From: Botryllus schlosseri
Taxonomy: Eukaryota
Direction: 5' to 3'
Length of the DNA stretch: 64,000 nt
Assembly (NCBI GenBank): GCA_051294905.1
Contig: CM119371.1
Coordinates: 14,138,001 to 14,202,000, forward strand
In this document: positions 12,735 to 26,178 of the stretch, in pieces
Numbering within the stretch: position 1 is the first letter of the stretch
Layout of the letters: every line of letters begins with the position of its first letter
Notes under the pieces: generated by a model
The model's database searches: none
What the model was told of the DNA's origin: nothing
The model's input: only the letters and a program-made list of their open reading frames with translations
Position numbers and translations under genes: made by a program

Positions 12735-13897
12735 CTAGTCCGCAAATTACATATTGCGGAATCACAATGCGGAAAAGGACGAAAACATTGCAAATTTTGA
12801 CATTATCATAGATTTTCGACTTGCTGAAGCTAAAACTATGTCCGTGGTAGAAAACAGACCTCCAAATTTTGATCGATGACCCTTCTTTCTCAAGGTATTA
12901 TCAATATTAATGCTCTAAAATAACGAATGCGACATGAGACTAGCGTCTATACATTGAAAACACACACGGAATTGCCAGGTTGACAATTTGTCAACTAGTG
13001 TGCTCGCGGACTCATCCACCCCCTTCCACGGACTCATTTGAGTCCGCGGACTCGGGGTTGGGAAACACTGAATTAGAGGGTACATACATATTACCCGAAA
13101 ATCGTCAGTGTGACTTCCAAATACCTCGTTATAGCAATAAAACATCATGTGCAATTATTACATAAAGATTTGCTGTACGTAGGCATGTTTCATTTGTTTC
13201 ATGATTAGTACGCTTGATTATTTTGCTTGATTTGGCTATTGTATCATGGGTCCCCACCCTACGAATTTTATACATGAATCGAAAAAAGTCTACTCAAGCA
13301 AATTACTGAACAAAATAATAGGTTCCATTATATAGCCTGATACAATCCCTACACTTCACAATAAAAAATGATTGCTGCTTTGTTCGTGTTGAAGGTTACA
13401 AAGAAAAACGTATATGTCGATCTAAATTTAGTTTACACCCCCCAAAACAAACATCACCCGTGAGAGACCCCATAGCTCGCGCACGTCGAATTATTTTGTA
13501 TGTGAGGAAAGATTTTGCCAACATGCATTTGTAGACAAGTTCACGGAGTGTAATCATGGAATTATCATAGAGAATTTTCAAAGTATTTTCGGTCCCAGGG
13601 ACCCATCGATACCACATCTCCCCTACTAACATGTGCGTTGTAGTGCACTGATAAAGCAATAGTTAGTTTTATCCTGAAAATTATCATTTATAGACTATTT
13701 TCCGACAGATAACGTCAATTAACACCCCCCTCATTCAAGCTACAGAAAGAGTCAAATGACACTTGTCTCATCACCGATGATTAGTGAGCTTCAACACGCA
13801 TTCCAACGCTTTTTAATATTAGATGCTGTCCCTTGCGATCATTTTCAGAAATTTCAATTCATGGGAGTTTTATTAAGTAGGCTATGTTAAAAATTGA

Positions 13898-14060
13898 GTG
13901 ATAGCTAGTCAGAGAAAGTGTTGCAATGACCTAGATTTGTTTTGCTACATATGTTACGAGGACACGTTGAACATGAAGCGATTCAACATGCGAAATGTCA
14001 CCAAGTACACTTACGAGGAGTACTTTGATATGACGTTGAGAGATCAAGATAATCAATTTA
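13898..14060 (+). mobile_element. DNA-transposase N-terminal remnant (Sola-like suspected); element 5' end probably near 10343
   Basis: RKCCNDLDLFCYIC...YEEYFDMTLRDQD resembles the C.N.PD.FCYICG...YFG..LGDQDK pattern. Family assignment is from memory. Confidence 0.45.
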
Positions 14061-14906
14061 ATTTTTCATTTATTAATTAGCAATTTCATTATCTCAACTC
14101 TATCACAGCCCAGTATCAAGATGTAGACCCGTGAAAAAAGCATCACTTCCCCTTCAGGCATGCCTGGAACACGATATTTGGTCATATCGAAGTGTCGAAA
14201 TTTTTCACCGTAAATACTATAAATTCAAAAATGCTCGAAATTTCAATTTAAGATTGCACGGCCTTTACTGGTCGGAATTGACCCATATTTGGTGTGTAGC
14301 GTTTTTTAGGCCACCTGACAATTTTATCAATAAGCGAGTGAAATTTGAAAAAAAGTTGTTTATGAACAACCCTAGTGTGAATGCCTCCTCTTTACATCGC
14401 CTAGGCAAAGGTGGGTGTCTGATTCCAAAGACTGCTCCAAGTCGTTTCGACACCTTCCTATCTTTTTCATTGTATCGCATTTTTGTGGTGTATTGAACTG
14501 ATAAAAATCGGTAATAAACCGAACCGAAGTATAAAATCTATGTAGCGCATGAACGAAAACTACGGTATGAACTGACCCGGAAATGCGTTTACTTGGAAGT
14601 GTAGTTTATTTATGTACCATGACTTCGTAACCTACGTACGTCTAGTGAGTAATCCAGTTTCAAAATAATGCCAATATTGCAAAGTATGTCGTAACAATAA
14701 AAGTTACAGGTCGCTGTTGCCATATTCAAGTTCAAATCTTGTCCGTTGCCAGGTCTGTGCTTTAGGCTGTTACGTCATGCGTTTGCGAATATTAATTCAT
14801 AAAAATAATGCAATGAGTGCACGTGATTAGCGGTCGTCCTCACTCACAAGCGATGTTATGTCAAGCAATTTCATCAAGATTTGGAGCTCTAAATATTTGT
14901 CTAATG

Positions 14907-17900
14907 CATGGGTGTCAACTCAAATTGCGCCGCGGGCCGCATTCAAGCCATCTGATCGCGCGCGAGCCGGACCATTCAAATGATTGAAATTCCATACCCT
15001 TGTTTTTTGCTTGAATACTCAATTATTAAACCTTTACAATAATATACATTACATTTTACAACGGATCATAGGGTTCTACTCTAGCAACACCTTTAGTAGC
15101 GAACAATGGAATTAGCAAAATTAAGATTATGGCCGGTTAAATACGGTAATATAAACTGCTAAAAGGGTAGCTCTAACGACAATATACGTCGTGTGTATGT
15201 AGGCCGTTGTATGGTTGCATTTAAAACAAAAATAAATTTAAAACAAACATGTTTAAAACAAGTACCTTGTTTAAAACTTGATTTATATATCTATAATTTT
15301 TAAGTCATGACGTCACGAATATTCAAGTGTGACGTCATATTGGATTGTCATAGACAATTCAAAATATAAACATAGCTCCTTTGACGAAATATCTGCTCTG
15401 TTGCTGTTGAACCGACTGTGTTGAGGGTACCAATCATCCCATATCGATAAACGTCGGCTATATCGGGTGGTAGTTGTCCATAGGCTCATACAACATGTTT
15501 TTTGGAAAGTATTTGAACGATTATGGCATAATTTTGCAACTTGAAAAAAACAATTTTTTTAAAAGGCCTTTGTTTAAAACACCGTTTCTTTTAAATGCAA
15601 CCCTATGTGTATGCGTTATGAGGAATACGAGAGATATGTCAAAGCCGATTCATTACTATTATATCGCGATTCCAGTTTCTCCGTATGCAGAGCAGACATG
15701 GGGTGATTACTTCGTGAATGTAATCGATTGCGATTACGATTACTTCTGAATGACGCGATTACGATTACGATTACGATTACAGCAAAATCAGCAAGTAGTC
15801 GATTACGATTACGATTACATTGGAAAAGTAATCACGATTACTTACGATTACATTTATTTTGCATCTTCGAAGTTATATTGGAAGGCAATATATGGATTGC
15901 GCTGAAAAGGCCTAATAACTTTCTTTACCAAAGATGCGACATTTGCTTGTTACGTCATAAAGTACCAATTGCGCATTTTATATTGGACGATTTATCGCAC
16001 TCAACGATTTGCATTCTTGCCAGGTCCTGCCGCACCCCAAATTTCCTAATAGGGTGGGGAGCGAGCTCGATGGGGACTCAAAAGTATTCTGTATACCAAC
16101 ACAAATTATAGACTAAATGTCCAAATGTCTTCCTTTTTGAGATTTTGTCCTCTTTTTTTAGAATTTTAGTTAAAATTGGACTGAGATACCATAAAATTGC
16201 ACTGAATTAACGCTCAGGCGGGTAATTCGGGAGCCGAGTCGAGCGAAAGTTGACCTTGTTTTAGTCAACCGACTAGAAGTGGAACAAATTTACCATTTTT
16301 CAGGATTTTCCACCGGTATTCTAAGTTCGAAAATTTTGAAAAAGTGTCCTCCTCTCCCGATTCCAAAATGTGGTAACCCTAACATGATTATGAATTACGT
16401 GCTCCCGGCTCTTCAGGTAAATCTGACCATCGGAGGCTGAGAGAGGATTAAAAATGAATAGTAATACAATGCAATTACCAATATTATTGACGAAATTAAA
16501 TCTTCAACTTGAAAATTTACTACCCTATGGGGGCCCAAGACCAGCGTTTGGAGTGGGGGACGATTTGCTGTTTTTGACCTGATTCTAGCTGGAAGCCACG
16601 CTAACATTGCATATAAGCCGATGGCTATGGCGGCAGATCCAAATGTTGAGTAAAAAATTGTCAAATAACGATTGGCGCCCGTTTCAAGCAGAATCATATC
16701 AGAATAATAGAAAGTGAACATAAAATTCTGCCTTCAACTTAATACAGATAATGTCATGCAAACGGATATTACGAGAAACGGCTTTGTTATGATATATATC
16801 AGCAGCTGTTGATTTTGAATGCTTCGTCGTGGAAACCGTAATGTTTTATTTGACGAGTAGGCTGAAAAATTTCAAACTTTTGTCCGATGTACGTTCGTAC
16901 TACATAGGCCTACTGCTCGCCAAGCAGCAACGGTCAAACTGCGTTTAACTAAGCATAAACAAACATCAATACAAAAGTTACTATTTTAAACTAGGCAGAG
17001 TGGTGATTAATTATCCTGCTGCGAGGTAGTGGCGTCTGTAATGTATTGATAACCTGATATACAGCACGGTAAGTGTTCTTACAATCACACTAATGTACAT
17101 CGAATATCTATTCACTATGTGTGGATAGCTGGATACTTCTTACGCATTGACGAGCAAAAGCTAATAGGTCGCTTCTGACGTAATAATGAGCAGTGGCATT
17201 TGTAAATCTGACGTTTGTGCTATCACTAACTGGTATAATACCTCTTCCTTGTTCAGTTTATGTCATAGTCCTGTCCAAATATAAGGTAATCGTTCTTTCA
17301 CAAACAAATCGATTAAATATGGGAAGTAGTCGATTGCGATTACGATTACTTCGGAATTTTCTCCAATGTAATCGATTGCGATTACGATTACTTGAAAATG
17401 CTGTAATCGTCGTAATCGATTACGATTACTAATCGCGATTACCCCATGTCTGATGCAGAGGTGCTGTTAAGTCATAAGCGAAATTGGGAGTTTGTCCATA
17501 AAAATTTGAATTATGTTTTTCTGTAACAATTAGATTCTCGATGTAAACTGCATATACCGGTTTCTCACTGTGGCGGTTTCACTTCTGTGAATACCTACAT
17601 TTTGCTCCATTTTTCCGTGAAATTCGGAATTGAGTGTGTAATTTTTGCCTTCTCGGAATTGGGCGTAAATGACGACTCTTCCTTGCTGATGGTGACTAGA
17701 GTGAAACCACAACAGCGCTGATGGATGGTTATAATGTGGTGGGTGACCAATTGAATATACTCGACATTTGCTATCTTCAGGTATTATTTGATGATAATAT
17801 TTCGTACAAAAATCTAAACATTTGTTAGAAATATGCTTGATAATAGAGACATTTTTCGAAATATAGCTTCGCGGTCAGGATGAATTGATCTGGCGGGCAG

Positions 17901-17937
17901 GATGCGGCCCGTTGGACGTATGTTTGAAACCCCCTGA
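14907..17937. mobile_element. Buster-type hAT MITE with nested insertions
   Basis: Ends catgggtgtcaac / gtttgaaaccccctg; TSD gtctaatg/acctaatg. Duplicate copy at about 57414-58707. Confidence 0.75.
15693..17452. mobile_element. hAT element with GATTAC subterminal arrays
   Basis: TIR cagacatggggt / accccatgtctg; perfect TSD atgcagag. Empty site seen in the duplicate at about 58224. Confidence 0.95.
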
Positions 17938-19503
17938 CCTAATGTAATCGGCCTGAACCGGTCTTTTTACTCTATGGTGAGCATCGAACAGGTCTTCCCT
18001 GCTTTATAGTCATACGATTCGAGTAGGAATTGAACGAAATGGTGTTGAATAAGTATAATATAGTAGTGTAATACGTTCAGTAGTTTCACGTATATCAATG
18101 CCATTTGTAATGAGAATATTGCAGAAAACGTTATCCTGTCGCTACCGCCTTCGACATTTCCAGATGTAGATTCTAGGGATGGTGCCGAACCCCTGAAAGG
18201 TTCAGGTGTGAACGCGAACCTTTTTGAAAGGTTCCGTGTCAACGCGAACGTGACCCTATGACGTCACGTTGCGTCATATTGCTAATTCCAATTCCAATTC
18301 CAATTCAGTAAAGTATTATAGCGACGACTCGGGCCACATTGTGCCGAAGTACATGCTGAATTTTTCAACGTCACTAAAAGTATCTATCAAAGCAATCAAA
18401 AGCTATAATTATGCCATAAAATCAATATCTTCCGTCGCTTTTCCGACAATTTCGACGAGGACTTGCAAGGGAATATAAGCGTACGCTTTGGCGGTCTAGG
18501 CCAGAGCGGACAATGTATTCGGCGTCTGACTTTTGCTACATAGATATTGAGCAGAATGTCATACCGGTTTCTATACTTGCTATCGATATTACCTGATAAA
18601 CAAGTGATACAGTTGCCAACACCCCAATTGAACGGATTTGGATTCAGGATACAATAGACATATCAAATCAAGGTGGAGTCCGTACGCATGCTAGATTTTT
18701 AAGATTAGACTACAATGTATTCTTTATATCAATTTCATTGATTGGTTGAATTAGCACCATTCGCTGACTACACCTACATGTAGTATACTTCGTCGTTGAT
18801 GTTGGGTGGTCGCGGTTCAACCTCACAGCAGAGAGTCACTAAATATTCACAAACGTAAAGCTGAATATTTCGATCAAACTTTAGTAACAAAGCAAGTAAA
18901 GTTTTTGGGATTGGCAAGGTGCATGCTCATTAAGAGCGGAGATAATAAAGTTCGGTGATCGATAAAGTCGATTATCGCGCTCCTCAGGATTTACCAACCA
19001 AGGATTAGGAAAACCGGTTGATCGCAGCGCATAAACTTGGTCTTTAATCTCATGATTTAGCAAACCGGAACAACATACAGATTACTAGTATTCATAGACA
19101 AACTGTACAGCAGGGGTCGCCAACGCGGTGCCCGCGGGCCCCAAGGTAGCCCGCGAGCCTGTTCTAAAATAGATCTAATAACAGCACTTAAGTGAGCTTT
19201 TATTTATTTAGATTACTTGATTTAGCTATTCTTGTTTAAATGATAATAACATGTAACTTACAAATGACAATAAATACTCATAAACAAACACTTAAAATGA
19301 TGACATCAAATAACCTCAATTACAATTAGTAATATAGCAACATGTAATCGAATCACAAGACTGAGGATACGGCACACTGCTTATACAGTATACAGGCGAC
19401 ATGCCGGAATGCCATCCACGGTCTTCTTTAAATGGCGGGGTTTCCGTTATGGTAGCTCGACGTCCAGGACAATGCCAAAGGAGTAAACAACATTACTATT
19501 CGG

Positions 19504-21905
19504 CAGTGTTGGGATGACTCGAGTCATGACTTGACTCGAGTCAGACTCGAGTCAATTTTTCGTATGACTTGACTTGACTCGAGTCACTTTGCTAAAATGA
19601 CTTGACTTGACTTGACTCGGCGTATCAGAAATGTGGATTGACTCGTGACTCGGACCAAAATTCACGAGTCAATTTCAAGTCATCAAGTAATCGGTGTCGA
19701 TAAAAATCAATGCATATGTTCGGATTGCTCGCGCAACGCTGGTGTAACCCGTGAGAGCGACCAATCATTCAATGATCGTGCGTTTTACTGAGCCTACATC
19801 AGGGGTTCTCAACTTCCCTTGTATAACGGGCCGCATTTAAACAGCAAATGACGCCGCGGGCCGCAGGACATTATTACCATGTATTTTGGGGCTTCTGTAG
19901 CCCATATTCACCAGCCGTATACGGGCGTCTAGTTCATTTGTATGCATTTGAAAGCATTAATGGACATCATTAGTAAGTTTGCAATTCCTGTTTTTGTGAG
20001 AATATGTATCTTCCTGCGGCGCAAGTAAATTCCTTCACGGTGCTTGCATTGCATCCATTACCGAAGCGGATTTATGCACCTTCAAACCCTTCCACCAGAG
20101 AACGGAACTCTCTGTTTCAATGCATGAGCGAGTAAGGTTTTAATATGGTAACTTTTTCGTGACAGAGGCCATTATCACTTTGAGCTCTCAGTGATATGAG
20201 AAGAAGTCTAGCGTTTCGGGGTCATTTCTGAGCAAGTCAATTAACTCTTTTCCTCTCCGTCCATGGCTGTAGCCCTGCACCAATAGTTACAGAAGTCAGC
20301 TTTGTCACGTGGATGTTTCACACTGGTCCCCTCCCCACGTTTGCCTTACCAGCCTTTTTTCTGCAAATATGTCCACTCCAAGAAAATACACCCAGAAAAT
20401 TAGCTATGCAATGTCTGTGGAGTCGGTGGATTCGTCCAATGCTAGGCTAAAGTAGTCTACGCGGCAACGTGTTTCAGAACATGCGATAAAAGATCAACTG
20501 ACATTGCTGTCACTCTTCTGGTCTACTTTGAATCAGACAACTGTAGCTTCGAAATTTGTCAGGTGATGTTGTCGTTGCCGCTAAGTTCCGGAAACAGCGA
20601 ATATTCGCACAGAATGTTAAAGTTTTATTGAGATCACACCTTCTCTGGCAGATTTCTTGGGTATAGCGATATTCCAATGCGCCTCTTATAAGGTCATCGG
20701 CAATTTTAACAATGCCTCGAGATATGAATCGCTGGGCTTGGCACCAACCTAGCAACGTTTTTTTTCTGAGAGCAGGCGATATGTATCTCTAGAAAAAAAC
20801 TTTTGTAGTATAATTTTAGGGTTTTACGCTTCGTCACGACAGTAGTTCTTCGACAAATATGACTAATCGGTTTTCCATTCATATCTGGGAAAGCAAGTTC
20901 ATTGTACCACGCATAGTTATAAACTTAGTTTTCGCCGTTTAATTTCCCCTTCCTTGTTCTTGTTTCTGTTCAAACCATTCGCGGTGAGTGAAGCAGGATT
21001 GTCTTAAATCAGGAGTCCTGACGAATACAGGTTCAAAACAATAACAATCTAAACTCGAGCATATATCAGGAGACCTGAACACATCAAATAATGAATATTC
21101 AAACGAAACAGAGACGGTGCGATAAGAAAGCTAAGTAACTAAATTAACATGTAACTATTATGTGCCAGTAGTAAATGCGATCATAATGAAAGATGTCGCG
21201 GGCCGCAAAACAGACCTCTGCGGGCCGCGGGTTGAGAACCCCTGGCCTACATTGTTCTCTCACAAATACGTTGATCGCAAACGACGTGATCGAAGCTTAC
21301 AGCCTACGTTGTCTTAACTATAGTATAGAAAACTAATTTAATACCAAAATGTCTATTCCTGTTCTGTTCTGTTAACTTAACAACAAAACCTCTTGCTTTA
21401 TTGAAATTGAATTTAAAAATTGGCGCAGGCTCGAATTGTATCATATCAATTTGCAAAAGGGTAATGTATTACATCTTATCAATTCGTTTCTCTATTCTCT
21501 ATTTGGGCTGGTAACTATAAACCGAGGCTGTGCAATTACTTACGTAGTTTATTAGTTCTACTTTTATGTGAGCGATACAGCGCCTCACTTGCCTGTATAT
21601 TTAACTCTATATCCCTTCATCGGTTTAATATCAATGACCACTTAATCTGTATTTCAGACAGCTAGCAAAATGCAATGACGTAATCACGCCTCAATCCTCA
21701 AAAGGCAATTTGACTTGAATTGTGACTTGACTCGTGACTTGACTTGACTTGACTCGACTTGACTCGAGTCACCTCGAAAAATCGACTGACTTGACTTGAC
21801 TCGAGTCACCTTCGAAAATCGATTGACTTGACTTGACTCGAGTCAAAATGTGCAATGACTCGAAATGACTCGTGACTCGAAGGTAGTGACTTGATCCCAA
21901 CACTG
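19504..21905 (+). mobile_element. hAT MITE, GACTT/CTCGAG family, copy 2 (interrupted)
   Basis: TIR cagtgttgggat; perfect TSD ctattcgg. Confidence 0.95.
19800..21244 (-). mobile_element. Buster-type hAT deletion derivative with decayed transposase
   Basis: TIR caggggttctcaac / gttgagaacccctg; perfect TSD gcctacat. Minus strand about 20400-20460 reads YFSLALDESTD (first catalytic Asp motif). Confidence 0.93.
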
Positions 21906-21966
21906 CTATTCGGTGGCAGATAGCCGTGAAAAACTGGCATATTTTCAATGTCTGTATGCTCATTAC

Positions 21967-22375
21967 TAGGGCAAGTTTTTGTTGCAGGTAAATCCGCGGA
22001 AAGTTGCATTTATTTATTTATTTTTGACAAAAGTTGCAAAAGTTGCACTAAAAGTCCACATTTTGCTCGGTTGACTAAAAAAAGGTCAATTTACCGGCTC
22101 AGCTCCCGAAATACCCGTACTTCAGTGCTGATTTACGGTGTTTCAGTCGAATTTGGCCGTGTATTTCACCAAAACCGAAAATACTTTCATGAAAAATCGA
22201 AAAAGTTGCAAAATGTTGCAAAGAGTTGCATGAAAAAAATGGACAAAAGTTGCAAAAGTTGCACTTTAAGATTCCTTCAAACAGCTTAAAACAGCATTCT
22301 ACATATCTTACGAGTATTTAGGAAGCTGCCGGAAGCTGTAAAAAAAAGTTGCAAAAGTTGCAAAAACTTGCCCTA
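21967..22375. mobile_element. hAT MITE with AAAAGTTGCA repeats
   Basis: TIR tagggcaagtttttg / caaaaacttgcccta; perfect TSD ctcattac. Confidence 0.93.
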
Positions 22376-23234
22376 CTCATTACATATTGTATCTTTTGAC
22401 ACAGCTTGATTCTCTTACTCTCAACGCAGTTTAGTACCATGTTTTTCTAACTTTCTGTATTCGTTGCTGCTGTCTGGTATAACGAAATCTATTGAACCTG
22501 TATGTTAAACAGTTGTAGATTGAAATTATAACACTGCATTAAATAACCTCTACCTCATAGCCCACCAGGTTGCACCAAAATGTAGGCTCCTATCTGACAC
22601 AGAAAAGTACATTGGTGTATGCGCACTGCGCAGCCGCTATGGAGGGTGCAAGCAAATTTGGTTCAAGTTATCAATGTGAATCAGCCTTTTCTGACATGCA
22701 CTTAATCAAAAACAAACACAGAACACGCCTCACTGATGCACATCTAGAGTCGCTCACAGTTGCAGTGCCAAGTTACATATCAGAGTACAGCGCGCTCGTT
22801 GATAGCATGCAATGCCAGGCTCCCACGGAGTGATATAGAAACGGATAACATGATGTCCAGTCCAAAGTGTGACATGATTTATTCGAAATTTGAGTTGACC
22901 GTTGTTGCATAATTTATACAAACATGGTGCGAAGTAATTTATGGTTTCTTAGAATTGGTTGTGGCTAGCTAGTTGATGCTAGCTAGTTAGATGTTTTGAT
23001 TTTACAAGACTGTCATATAAGTTTTCCCACAATGTGATTCCTGCCCAGTGCTACAAAAGTGGAAAATTCAGTCTGGTACGGGTAAGCGGCGGGAGTGAAT
23101 GAATGGTAGCCCGCGGCTTCAATCATACACAAGAAGTAGCTCTTGGTTGCAGAAAGGTTGGTGACCCAGCTGCTGTACACTGCGTAACGTTCGTACGCGC
23201 AAATATTTCCGATATGACTGTATCGATTCTCTCC

Positions 23235-24203
23235 CAGTGTTGGGATCAAGTCACTACCTTCGAGTCACGAGTCATTTCGAGTCATTGCAGATTTTGACTC
23301 GAGTCAAGTCAAGTCAATCGATTTTCGAAGGTGACTCGAGTCAAGTCAAGTCACTCGATTTTTCGAGGTGACTCGAGTCAAGTCGAGTCAAGTCAAGTCA
23401 AGTCACGAGTCAAGTCACAATTCAAGTCATGTTGCCTTTTCCAAGTATGAGGCATTCTTACATCATTGCATTTTGCTGGCTGTCTGAAACACAGACTGAG
23501 TGGTCATTGATTCTGGACCTATGAACGAATATAGAGTTAAATATAAACTCAAGAAGGCGGTTTATCGCTCACATATATACGTAGAAATGCTAAACTACGT
23601 GAGTAATTGCATAGCCTCGGATTATAGTTACCAGCTTAAATAGAGAATAGAGAAACAAATTGATAAGATGCGATACATTACCCAGTACCGATTTACAAAC
23701 TGACATGATACAATTCTAGCCTGCGCCAATGGTTTGAGGACTATATAAACTATATTGGAATTCAATTTCAATAAAACAAGAGGTTTGGTCAAGATAAGAA
23801 CAGAGAACAGAAATTCACATTTTGCTATTAGATTACTGTACTACACTAGTTTACGACAGCGATGACTTCATTTGCGGTCAATTAATTTGTGAGATAACAA
23901 TGGAGGCTCAGTAAAACGCACGATCATTGAATGATTGGTCGTTCTCATGGGTTACACCAGCGTTTCGCGTACAATCCGAACATATGCAAGACACAATGAT
24001 TTTTATCGACATCGATTGCTTGATGACTCGAAATTGACTCGTAAATTTTGCTCCGAGTCACGAGTCAATCCACATTTTTGATACGCCGAGTCAAGTCAAG
24101 TCAAGTCATTTTAGCAAAGTGACTCGAGTCAAGTCAAGTCATACGAAAAAGGTGACTCGAGTCTGACTCGAGTCAAGTCATGACTCGAGTCATCCCAACA
24201 CTG
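23235..24203 (-). mobile_element. hAT MITE, GACTT/CTCGAG family, copy 3 (inverted)
   Basis: TIR cagtgttgggat; perfect TSD ttctctcc. Confidence 0.95.
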
Positions 24204-24325
24204 TTCTCTCCTACGTAATATGGCTCCACTCAACAATCAACCAATTATACACTCACAATTGCAGAGCGATGTAACTATATTCTGTAATCCATACCATTTC
24301 GTCGCTGCATACCGTACTGCATATA

Positions 24326-25279
24326 GGGGAGATGTGGTACCGATGGATCAAAAATTGGAAAATGATCGCTGGCCCAAAAATGTTCAGCCGAAAACAGCAG
24401 ATCTTTTGCTGGCTCAGCACTTTGATACAAGCTCTACCTATCGCGCACATATACATGAATATCCGTCTTTTCAAAAAATATTTATAGACGTTTAAAATTT
24501 GTTGCTCGAACGTGTCATCGGTCCCCACCCGGTGGGTCCAATGGCACACGACCCGGGGACCTATGACACATATACCCTAAAAAACTCAGATGTGACAACT
24601 TTTCTTGCTCAGTATTATGATCTAAGCTACAGCAAGCCAAAGAAGAATTTTCGGTCGCAACCGTCAAAAAATAGATTAAATATTGATTCAAATGTTGTCA
24701 TAAAATCACGTTTCGATTTAGGCTCGGACTTATAACTTTGAGGGTACATACATATTGCCCGAAAATCGACATTGCGACTTCCAGAGACCTCGTTATAGCG
24801 ATAAAACATCATATGCAATTATTACATAAAGATTTTCTGTACGTAGTCATGTTTCATTTGTTTTATGATTAGTAAGCTTGATTATTTTGCTTGATTTGAC
24901 TATTGTGTTATCGGTCCCCACCCTACTAATTTTGTACATGAATCGAAAAAAATTCCATTCAAGGAATGTACTGAAAAAAATAATAGGTTCCATTATATAG
25001 CCTGATACAAGCCCTAAACTTCACAATAAAAATGATTGCTGGTTTGTTCGTGTTGAAGGTTACAAAGAAAAATGTATATGTCGATCTAAATTTAGTTTAC
25101 ACCCCCCCAAACAAAAAACATTTGTGAGAGACCCCATAGTTCGCGCACGTCGAATTTTTTTGTATGTGAGGAAAGGTGTTGCCAGCATGCAATTGTTCAC
25201 GGAGTGTAATCATGGAATTATCATAGAGAATTTTCAAAGTATTTTCGGTCCCAGTGATCCATCGGTACCACATCTCCCC
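24326..25279 (+). mobile_element. TA-flanked TIR element (ggggagatgtggtaccgatggatc), uninterrupted copy
   Basis: 24-bp TIR with TA on both sides; collinear with 10575-13623 minus its insert. Confidence 0.9.
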
Positions 25280-25679
25280 TAGTGCATACACATTACACAC
25301 GACTTACATTCCACGTCACGTCAATCGCAGATAGCCGGAAATAATGGAATTTGTGGAGCTTGTTGACCTGTTGGAAAATCTTAAGGACCAACCCCCGCCA
25401 GCTCGCATTAGTAGGAAAAGATTGGTAGACGTTCAGTTCGTCATCGCGCGTAAGCTAATCAAGCTTTATGTGTTTGGATTAGCAGTTTTTATCACACGAT
25501 CGGCGTTCTTCCGGATCAGCCAACTTTAAGATCTCCGCCCAAAATACGTCATGAGTAGCGGTTTTTAATCACACGATTAGCATTCTACGGGATCAGCTAA
25601 CTTTTTTTTTTATCTCCGCCCTTAGTGTTGATTTTCACATAATGCCTGTGCCATGCATAGAGTAGTACGAGGTTGAAAT

Positions 25680-25874
25680 CAATGTTCCCTCTAATTTTTG
25701 ACGAGTCTGCGCACACTCACTAACTCACCGCGCAGACCCTTGGACAACAGTGCGTAACGACTAGAAAAAAAGGTCATCACTTCGGATATTTTGTGCGCAA
25801 CTTAGATTTTCTGTGCACAGAGACCGTGTCAGCATTGCGCATTTGCGCACGTGCGCAGCTTAGAGGGAGCATTG
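25680..25874 (-). mobile_element. hAT MITE, CAATGTTCCCT/TGCGCA family (inverted)
   Basis: Perfect TSD gttgaaat; reverse complement of 7231-7421. Confidence 0.93.
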
Positions 25875-26028
25875 GTTGAAATGCAAAGAATTTTAACTGA
25901 AGATGTTATAATAACATGGAAAATTGTAATTTATGAAAAAGGTTCACAGTGCAGAGCCTACCAAGGATCGTTTGTGAACGTGAACCTTTAAGTTTCGGAG
26001 GTTCACACACATAACGCAAACGTGAACC

Positions 26029-26178
26029 CAGTGGTGTAGGAGTATATGCTGCCGCCCCTGGCTTTCGTTGAAAATGCTGCCCAAATTTTGAAACAGTTTC
26101 AATCACATTTTGCTGCTCACTTGCAGCCTGCCGCCCACGGCGCAGAGCCGTAAGCGCCAAGTGGCGGCTACGCCACAG
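26029..26178. mobile_element. Short CAGTGG(C/T)GTAG-type MITE; longer copy at about 62973-63177
   Basis: Ends cagtggtgtag / ctacgccacag; TSD cgtgaacc/cgtgaatg. Confidence 0.7.

Larger units (their letters stand above)
10996..13070 (-). mobile_element. Buster/Charlie-type hAT deletion derivative with a transposase C-terminal remnant and internal non-transposase sequence
   Basis: TIR cagtgattcccaacc / ggttgggaaacactg. Minus strand about 11160-11530 reads LLPFPTTYLSKSDFSTL..IK.KYRNRL (hAT dimerization region). Empty site at about 24730. Confidence 0.88.
10575..13623 (+). mobile_element. TA-flanked TIR element (ggggagatgtggta), interrupted copy
   Basis: TIR ggggagatgtggta / taccacatctcccc with TA on both sides. 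Uninterrupted copy at 24326-25279. Confidence 0.88.
10057..14374. mobile_element. Old MITE related to the palindromic element at 42989, split by nested insertions
   Basis: Ends taggggtgttc / gaacaacccta; terminal regions resemble the arms of 42989-43602. TSD not recognisable. Confidence 0.55.
19111..23172 (+). mobile_element. Buster/Charlie (GTF2IRD2-like) hAT deletion derivative with transposase C-terminus at about 22640-22833
   Basis: Ends caggggtcgccaac / gttggtgacccagctg; TSD ctgtacag/ctgtacac; peptide FGSSYQCESAFSDMHLIKNKHRTRLTDAHL. Confidence 0.9.
18934..25621 (+). mobile_element. PIF/Harbinger-like MITE, interrupted copy
   Basis: Ends gagcggagata / tatctccgccc with TAA/TTA flanks. 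Intact copy at 37085-37767. Confidence 0.8.
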
